From Candidatus Nanohalobium sp. (GTDB taxonomy: Archaea > Nanohalarchaeota > Nanosalinia > Nanosalinales > Nanosalinaceae): 38,240 nt of DNA. A program made the position numbers and the translations under genes. The notes below the pieces were generated by a model. That model made no database searches. It was not told the origin of the DNA and saw nothing but the letters and a program-made list of their open reading frames with translations. The stretch spans positions 1 through 38,240 of the forward strand of contig JBDGTY010000057.1 in NCBI GenBank assembly GCA_042216335.1. The letters run 5' to 3'. This document shows positions 18,467 to 24,706 of this stretch, piece by piece; the stretch's first letter is position 1, and the number at the start of each line of letters is the position of its first letter.

Positions 18467-18892
18467 ATGAAAAGGGAAGACTTCATCGAGAAAAACCGTC
18501 TGGAAGAGATCGTGGAGAAGATCTCCCGCGACGTCGACTCCGTCATAGTAGAGGGCTGGGACGACAGAAAGATGATACAGAAACTGGGCTTCGAGGGAAG
18601 GATATTCATGTCGGCCGAAAGAACCCACGAAGACCTCTGCGAGGACGTGGCCCGGGCCTCGGAAAAGACAGCGGTACTTACCGACTTCGACAGTCACGGA
18701 AAAGAGGAGGCACGTGAGATCTCCCGGAAGCTTCAGGAGGAGATCGACGTAGTCAGATCCGCACGGAAAGAGTTCGGGGCGGAACTGACCTCCAACGACA
18801 GGAGAGCGGTCGAAGACGTGAGGCCGCTGTTCGAGGACAGGGATGAGAAGTTCGTGGATGCCGCGATGGACGGACTTTTCTTCGATCCGTGA
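18467..18892 (+). CDS. Stand-alone TOPRIM-domain protein (RNase M5-like)
   Basis: VIVEGWDD and LTDFDSHG motifs. Confidence 0.85.
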   Translation: MKREDFIEKNRLEEIVEKISRDVDSVIVEGWDDRKMIQKLGFEGRIFMSAERTHEDLCEDVARASEKTAVLTDFDSHGKEEAREISRKLQEEIDVVRSARKEFGAELTSNDRRAVEDVRPLFEDRDEKFVDAAMDGLFFDP

Positions 18893-18923
18893 AATCCAAG
18901 AAACTTTCGACCAAATTTTCTAC

Positions 18924-19562
18924 ATGCCGGAAGAATTCGAACTGGAGGAACTGAAGTCAAGGCTTCAGGAAGAATTCTCGGGCTATACTGAAACCGCGGG
19001 AGGGAAGAACTACCGTTTCACTCACCTGGAAACCGTCCACAGGATGGTCTGTAAGCTCGCTGATGAGCTGAATGTAGATGTCGACAGAAAGGTTCTGGAA
19101 GTTGCGGCCCTCTACCACGACATCGGCCGATCTCAGGATATCGAGGACGGTGAGATGGATCCGTTTGAGGGACATGAGGGCCATGATGAGCGAGGAGCAC
19201 GGATGGTAGGAGATTATGTCTCGGATTTTGTCACCGACGAACAGCTGGAGAAAATCCAGAAGATTATACGCAACCATCACTCTGAGGCCGAAACGGTAGA
19301 GGGAAAAATCGTTCAGGATGCGGACAAATTATTCAACTTTGGTGTTAACAATCTCTGGCGGCAGATACACTACTCCTGTCAGCACGATCGCGAGTTCTGG
19401 GAGAGCATAGAATACTTCTGGGATACAGCAGTAGAGGAGTTCGAGGACCAGATAGAAGAACTGCACTTCCAGAATTCAAAGGGTGTCGCCCGGAAAAGAC
19501 TGGAGAACCATAAAGAGGCTGTCAGGCAGATGGAGGAAGAGATGGAAGCTGAGGATTTTTAA
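18924..19562 (+). CDS. HD-domain phosphohydrolase
   Basis: RFTH...ALYHDIG...H...HH...QDADKL; likely start ATG 18924. Confidence 0.88.
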   Translation: MPEEFELEELKSRLQEEFSGYTETAGGKNYRFTHLETVHRMVCKLADELNVDVDRKVLEVAALYHDIGRSQDIEDGEMDPFEGHEGHDERGARMVGDYVSDFVTDEQLEKIQKIIRNHHSEAETVEGKIVQDADKLFNFGVNNLWRQIHYSCQHDREFWESIEYFWDTAVEEFEDQIEELHFQNSKGVARKRLENHKEAVRQMEEEMEAEDF

Positions 19563-19622
19563 GTCGTTTAGACTTTGCTGCTTGACGAAAACTTTATATT
19601 GTTACAGTACAATAGTAACAAC

Positions 19623-20792
19623 ATGGCTCGTGGAGAGGAGAAGGATACTCTTGGTACTAAATTTGAATCAAAGTTGAGGGGTGCTATCTCTTTGACTGGT
19701 GCTGGCACGGGTGGAGCTGTTGGTCTTTCTCTACTAGGAAATTCAGGAGCCAATACTATTACGAATCCTGAAGGAGTGGCTGTTACAGCAGGAGCTATAG
19801 GATCCATGGCAGGTGGAGCGGTTTTAGGAAGTAAAATTGCAGGTAAAATCGATGGAGGTATAGCTGATCGTATTGATGGTCTTAAACCGGCATACTTTCA
19901 GAGCGGTGAGCTATTTCTTGATAGTACAGATCCTTTTGATCTTGCAGTAACGCGCCAAAACTTTAGAGATATGGATCAGGCGAGGAAAGATGAGATTGCT
20001 GCAGAATTGGGAAAAGAGGATTTGAATAAAACTGATGTCTACAGAGCGGAATCTGAAAATTCTCTGAGGTTGGACTGGTTAAATGAAATGGTTTATGGTC
20101 CGATTAATGGATTTCAGGGCTCTTTCAAAACTCATGTAGGATATTCAGGAGATTTCAAAGAAGGCTATGTAGACGAGAATGAAGAGGTTTTTGTGCAGGC
20201 TCCAAGAAAAGGAGATACCTTTGAAGAAGCCATGAAAGAGGTAAAGATCTGGAAGGAGAATAAGGAAACTCTGGAACAGGCTGACCAGTACATTGACCAA
20301 GTGCTGTCTAATGAAGGCACTGAGACAGTCTCTGAGGGATTTGTGGAGATTGAAATAGATTATGATTTCCTAAAAGATAATGAGGAAACACTGAGAAATG
20401 AGGTTGAAGGGGGTATAATGACTCCTTCCGATAACTATGATATAGTTGTCACAAGTCATGAAGGAGAGCCTCTTCCTGTACTTGTAGGCGATTTCAACTC
20501 TGAAATGGTGGAGAGAGGAAGAGATCTCTATGATCTGGAGAACTCGGAGAAAGTCCAGGAGAGGAAACAGGTTCTTGGAATGTACATGGATGCTCTCATG
20601 GCGGAAGGCGAATTTGAGGGACACTTTGGAGATTTCTGGTACAGTGAAGGCTATGGCAGAGAGAAAACGAAGAACATGTTCTACGATCCTGAGACAGATA
20701 CTGTAGGAGTAACTGATATAGGCGAACGCAATGGAGGAGAACCCGATGAGATGCCAGATATAACTATAGAAGAAAGGTACGCATTCTCCTAA
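19623..20792 (+). CDS. Glycine-zipper membrane anchor plus putative protein-kinase-like domain
   Basis: GAGTGGAVG...GAIGSMAGGAVLG; GYSGDFKEGY, EEAMKEV, HFGDF...KN, VTDIGE in kinase subdomain order. Confidence 0.6.
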   Translation: MARGEEKDTLGTKFESKLRGAISLTGAGTGGAVGLSLLGNSGANTITNPEGVAVTAGAIGSMAGGAVLGSKIAGKIDGGIADRIDGLKPAYFQSGELFLDSTDPFDLAVTRQNFRDMDQARKDEIAAELGKEDLNKTDVYRAESENSLRLDWLNEMVYGPINGFQGSFKTHVGYSGDFKEGYVDENEEVFVQAPRKGDTFEEAMKEVKIWKENKETLEQADQYIDQVLSNEGTETVSEGFVEIEIDYDFLKDNEETLRNEVEGGIMTPSDNYDIVVTSHEGEPLPVLVGDFNSEMVERGRDLYDLENSEKVQERKQVLGMYMDALMAEGEFEGHFGDFWYSEGYGREKTKNMFYDPETDTVGVTDIGERNGGEPDEMPDITIEERYAFS

Positions 20793-20840
20793 TAATCGTG
20801 AGAAAGTTGATTAACAAATCCGGAGTTTACTGCCTATAGT

Positions 20841-21851
20841 TCAGAAATCAGTCAAACTACTCTGATTCTGCTTCAATGCTCTCGCATTGTACCCGAGCTC
20901 TCGTTTCAGGTACGACGCAAACTCTTCATCAAATCCGTGCTGGACATAGACTTTCTCCGGATCGACTTTCTCCACTAGTTCGACCAGTTCGTTGAAGTCG
21001 CAGTGATCTGACAGCTGGAAGGTTTCGTCGTAGCCGCCGCGGTACTTGAACGAGTCTGTCGCGGCCCAGCCCGAGAAACCGGCCTTCAACGCTCCTGTCT
21101 CTTCGACAAGTTTCTCCACCCAGTCGCTCTGTGAGGTGTTTGACGGTGCGATCAGGATGCCGTCTTCCTTCATAATCTCCCTGTTTTCGCCGTATGGCTT
21201 TGCCCTGAAACTCAGCTTCTCTTCTGAGAAGTCTGATCGCAGAAAACTTGTTTTCGAGTCAAGATCGGAAGATTTCTCTACCACGTCGTTCATCTTCTTG
21301 ACAGCTCCATGAGCCAGAATCGGCCTCTCAGTCACTTCTTCGACGATCTTCTGTATCTTCTGCGCCTTTCCCAGCGAGTATCCGAATAAGATCAGCGGGG
21401 ACTGTTTGTCCTGGATGAAGTCCCTGACCCTGTTTTCAATCACCTGTTGCTCGGGGAAGGTGTACGCTGGTATCCCGTAGGTGGATTCCATGACGAGTAT
21501 ATCTGCGGAAACCGGCTCGAATCCGTCAAGGTAGACCCTGTCCCTGAGGGATACGTCACCGGTGTAAAGCACATCCTTTTCCCCTTTAATGAGCGCAGCG
21601 GAGCTTCCGAGAATGTGGCCGGAGTTCATGAGTTCGATGTTTTCGGCTTCCGTCCTCTTCACTTCTTCTCCGGCGCGGGCGCCGGCCAGTTTGGCTGTCA
21701 GTTCGCTGCATACTACTTCCGAGTCGTTGAGGTGCATGTGGTCGAAGTGAGCATGCGATACTATGTTGATGTCGCCCTGGCTGTTCCGGGAGTCGGCCAC
21801 TACTTTCTTTTCTCCGTGTATGTGGATCCCGTCTTTTTCCGTTATCTTCAC
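20841..21851 (-). CDS. MBL/beta-CASP-like nuclease (RNA processing or DNA repair family)
   Basis: SHAHFDH, SGHILGS, YTGD, ESTYG, YSLGKAQ, LSDHCDF; likely GTG start at 21851. Confidence 0.88.
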   Translation of the reverse strand: MKITEKDGIHIHGEKKVVADSRNSQGDINIVSHAHFDHMHLNDSEVVCSELTAKLAGARAGEEVKRTEAENIELMNSGHILGSSAALIKGEKDVLYTGDVSLRDRVYLDGFEPVSADILVMESTYGIPAYTFPEQQVIENRVRDFIQDKQSPLILFGYSLGKAQKIQKIVEEVTERPILAHGAVKKMNDVVEKSSDLDSKTSFLRSDFSEEKLSFRAKPYGENREIMKEDGILIAPSNTSQSDWVEKLVEETGALKAGFSGWAATDSFKYRGGYDETFQLSDHCDFNELVELVEKVDPEKVYVQHGFDEEFASYLKRELGYNARALKQNQSSLTDF

Positions 21852-22013
21852 ACCGAGTCTTGAGAGCCAGATTTTAAACCGGTTTCCACCTGCATTCAAG
21901 CTCACCGTCGCAGGAATCCTCGTCATGGCCACAGCCATCGGATACAGAACACTCTGACCTCAACACAGACACCTAATATAAAACTGGCCGACAACTTCAC
22001 AAACACAGATCAA

Positions 22014-22300
22014 GGGGGTGTAGCTCAACCTGGGAGAGCGACCGCCTCCAGGGACTGGTTACGCTCGGTCCACACGCAATTAGGCATTCGAGGAATGCCT
22101 GTCAGTGGATCAGTTTGACTAACTGGAGGGATGAGGGACACTGGCTCGCTTCTGCGTGTCAGTTCAAGAAGATCTTTCGGATCTTCGTGTTCCGATGATT
22201 ATATTCCCGAGACGCATTCCTAGAATGCGTCATGATGATCAAACTTTCAGAAGTTTGCGGAGAGAGCGGTAGGTTGTGGGTTCAAATCCTACCGCCCCCA
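22014..22300 (+). tRNA. tRNA-Trp(CCA) with 213-nt intron (22052..22264) at position 37/38
   Basis: GGGGGTG acceptor pairs with CGCCCCC-A; ACCGC-CTCCAG|intron|A-GCGGT; CTCC(32-35) pairs with GGAG at the intron end followed by an AG|A bulge; GTGGG-TTCAAAT-CCTAC T-arm. Confidence 0.93.
22052..22264 (+). ncRNA. Intron-encoded box C/D-like guide RNA (predicted target C34 of tRNA-Trp)
   Basis: Guide CTGGAGG (22123-22129) is complementary to tRNA nt 31-37; the fifth nt upstream of D-like ATGA (22131-22134) pairs with C34; two K-turn-like D/C pairs. Confidence 0.7.
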
Positions 22301-22346
22301 TACTTCTTCCGAAAACATCAAATTAGTAAGCTTCCGTGTAACTGTT

Positions 22347-23357
22347 ATGGGGGAACAGGGGAGTATCATTACCGATGCCAGAGTCCTGACTGCGGACTAC
22401 CTTCCTAATAAGATGGTGCATAGAGAGGGTGAGAGACAGGAAATCGCCCGGAACCTCAAACCACTGGTCGAGGGAGGTAATCCGGAGAACATGCTTCTTT
22501 ACGGGCCGCCGGGAACCGGGAAGACAGCGATGGCTCGTTACGTTGTCGAAGAATTGAAGGAGGAGGTCTTCGCCAATTCGAGTTACGTTAACTGTTTCAG
22601 CCAGAAGTCCCGTTTCGAGATTTTCTACGAACTTCTGGGCCAGAAGCTGACTACTCCACGCGACGGGACTTCGACGGAGAAGATCGTGGATATGTTCGAG
22701 GAAAGGGTGCGGAAGGAACCTACGGTCATGATAATCGATGAGGTCGACCAGATCACGGATGACGAGGTTCTCTACGAGCTTTCCCGTTTCCATAATGTCG
22801 GGATGATCTTCATCGCCAACGACCAGAAAGTATTCTCCCACTTCGAAGACCGGGTCAGATCCCGTTTAAGCGGGATGAGAAGGATCCACTTCAGAAGGTA
22901 CGACAGAAAAGAACTGAAGGACATACTCGAGGCGAGGAGGAAACACGGACTGAAGAAAGACGTTGTATCAGACGAACAGCTGGAGGAGATCGCCGCTAAA
23001 GCCGGTGGAGACGCCAGGATAGCCCTGAATACTCTGCGCTTTGCCGCACGGGAGGCCGAAAGGCAGGAAAAGGGTGAGATCACGGATGGAATCATTGATG
23101 AGTCTGTATCCGAGGCATTCGACGAGAACAGGCTGGAATCCCTTGACCGCCTGAACGAGCACCAGAAGACGGCCTACAGCATCTTACAGGAAGAGGGCGA
23201 GATGCAGATAGGGGAGCTTTACGACAGGTACCAGGAAGAGGTAGATGATCCGAAGTCACGGCGTACACTGCTGCGCTACCTGAAGAAGATGGTGAATTAC
23301 GACATACTGGAAATGCAGGGTTCAACAAGCTCAGCTACCTATAAACTGGCCGACTGA
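22347..23357 (+). CDS. cdc6: Orc1/Cdc6-family AAA+ protein
   Basis: L..DYLP..MVHRE, GPPGTGKT Walker A, IIDEVD Walker B, RVRSRL, GDARIAL, C-terminal winged helix. Confidence 0.93.
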   Translation: MGEQGSIITDARVLTADYLPNKMVHREGERQEIARNLKPLVEGGNPENMLLYGPPGTGKTAMARYVVEELKEEVFANSSYVNCFSQKSRFEIFYELLGQKLTTPRDGTSTEKIVDMFEERVRKEPTVMIIDEVDQITDDEVLYELSRFHNVGMIFIANDQKVFSHFEDRVRSRLSGMRRIHFRRYDRKELKDILEARRKHGLKKDVVSDEQLEEIAAKAGGDARIALNTLRFAAREAERQEKGEITDGIIDESVSEAFDENRLESLDRLNEHQKTAYSILQEEGEMQIGELYDRYQEEVDDPKSRRTLLRYLKKMVNYDILEMQGSTSSATYKLAD

Positions 23358-23365
23358 ATACTTTC

Positions 23366-23403
23366 ACGACATTCTCGACGCCCGAAAATCGCGTTAAATA
23401 GGG
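23366..23403 (+). promoter_or_regulatory. Promoter/operator box copy 1 (CGAC x2 + CGAAA BRE-like + TTAAATA)
   Basis: acgacattctcgacgcccgaaaatcgcgttaaataggg; TATA ends about 25 nt before ATG 23425. Confidence 0.65.
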
Positions 23404-23424
23404 AGTTTCCGACCATCCTACAAT

Positions 23425-23574
23425 ATGTCAAAAGCACGTCGAGTCTGCGAATGCCCCTTTCCGATGCATCAGGAACAGCTGGAGGAGATAGAGAGCAAGG
23501 CCGAAGATATGGGTATTTCGACCACTCACGTCTTCTCAGTCATCGTTGAGGAAGGGCTTGAAAACCTCTCATAA
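23425..23574 (+). CDS. Small ribbon-helix-helix (CopG-like) protein, 49 aa (not in ORF track)
   Basis: MSKARRVCECPFPMHQEQLEEIESKAEDMGISTTHVFSVIVEEGLENLS; leaderless spacing from TATA; pyrimidine tract after the stop. Confidence 0.65.
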   Translation: MSKARRVCECPFPMHQEQLEEIESKAEDMGISTTHVFSVIVEEGLENLS

Positions 23575-23672
23575 CCTTTTCCCCTCTTTATCTTTCGCTC
23601 GAAGAACTTTCGAAACCAGATGGATAGACCCGGGGAGGCGAAAACTGCACTCCACCACCTCCGCCTCCACTT

Positions 23673-23709
23673 ACGACGTCACGACACGCGAAAATCGAGT
23701 TAAATAGGG
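23673..23709 (+). promoter_or_regulatory. Promoter/operator box copy 2, upstream of the iRadA-PPB2-polB2 operon
   Basis: acgacgtcacgacacgcgaaaatcgagttaaataggg; last 21 nt match copy 1 at 20 positions. Confidence 0.65.
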
Positions 23710-23833
23710 TGGATGCATCAACTCTTTACTGCAGAAAAGACCAGTCTGCGTAAAAGTTCTCCTTCAAGGGGAGGGGACACAACCTATTTCTCTTCTTTTA
23801 CAGCACTCGGACGAGAGAGAACCAGAGCAGGAG

Positions 23834-24433
23834 GTGCGTATCCGGCCGCAGCCCCAGCTGGAGAAAGGATTCAACAGGGTAGAGAAGCCCGGAAGGATTC
23901 CGGTATTCCAGTCGATACTGGCCTCGCAGCTTGATGGAAGGAACGCCTCGGCCGTCTGGATCGACACCGGGAACGAGGCATCGACATACGCACTCAACTC
24001 GTTTTCACCGGAACTGATGGAAAAGGTGAAGATAGGCAGGGCCTTCACACCTTTCCAGCACCACAGCCTCGTCCACCAGGTCGAGGAGTTTATCGAAGAA
24101 GACACAGAGGTCCTCATCCTCCCGAACATAGCGATGATGTATGCTGATGGCCAGTTGAGGGAGTGGGAGGCCCGGGAGCTCTTCAAAGAGACATGGAACC
24201 ACCTCAAAGATGTACAGGAAGAGGAGGAGCTGAAAGTTGTTTTCTCAGCCCGCAACTTTTCCGACATAATCGGACCGGATGTAGAAACTGAGATAGAGGT
24301 GGAAGAGACAGGCCAGGGCCTCAGATACTCGGGGAAAAGCGAGCAGATGGCTTACGACAACCCCGGTGACAAATAGACCACGCTGGGCTACTGGAGGAGA
24401 AAAACAAGGAGAAAAACCAGATTGGAGGTGTAA
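23834..24433 (+). pseudogene. Inactivated RadA-like ATPase (iRadA) of the PolB2 cassette, with premature TAG at 24374-24376
   Basis: WIDTGN, IGRAFTPFQHHSLV, ETGQGLRY; frame continues past the TAG as TTLGYW...LEV to TAA 24431-24433. Confidence 0.75.
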
Positions 24434-24436
24434 AAT

Positions 24437-24706
24437 ATGGGAAGAACAAACTCAACGTACCGCAACCATCTGGACAACTTCATCGGAAACTTCAAACCGT
24501 TCAAACAGGCGTTGAGGAAGGAAAACAAGCCGCATCTTAACTTGCTGTGGGAGAAGGCACACGAGTTCGCGCACGCCGGAGCCTACATGAACTCCGGTAA
24601 CCCCGGGCTGCCGGCGATGATATCCATCATGCTGGGGCTGCAGAAGGAGATCGAGGAGAACAGGAAGCAGATCGAAAAGCTGAAGAAGAGGACGGAGGAG
24701 GTATAG
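24437..24706 (+). CDS. PolB2-associated small protein (PPB2/arCOG07300-like)
   Basis: MGRTNSTYR...FKQALRKE motif; GGAGGTG RBS; directly precedes polB2. Confidence 0.85.
   Translation: MGRTNSTYRNHLDNFIGNFKPFKQALRKENKPHLNLLWEKAHEFAHAGAYMNSGNPGLPAMISIMLGLQKEIEENRKQIEKLKKRTEEV

Noticed and set aside
21870-21957. Plus-strand TM-like fragment FKLTVAGILVMATAIGYRTL*
   Set aside because: Too short and lacks a start; could be a gene remnant but is not supportable
21981-23354. 12-bp repeat AAACTGGCCGAC at 21981 and 23343 flanking tRNA-Trp and cdc6
   Set aside because: One copy is the coding end of cdc6 and the other is in the tRNA promoter region; a chance match is plausible
23575-23672. Replication origin downstream of cdc6 (TTC-N4-GAA, G/C strings)
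   Set aside because: No convincing repeated ORBs or AT-rich unwinding element; cannot be supported by eye
23713-23934. 73-aa ORF overlapping the iRadA 5' end
   Set aside because: ATG lies only 6 nt after the TATA box, upstream of the expected TSS; composition is not halophile-like
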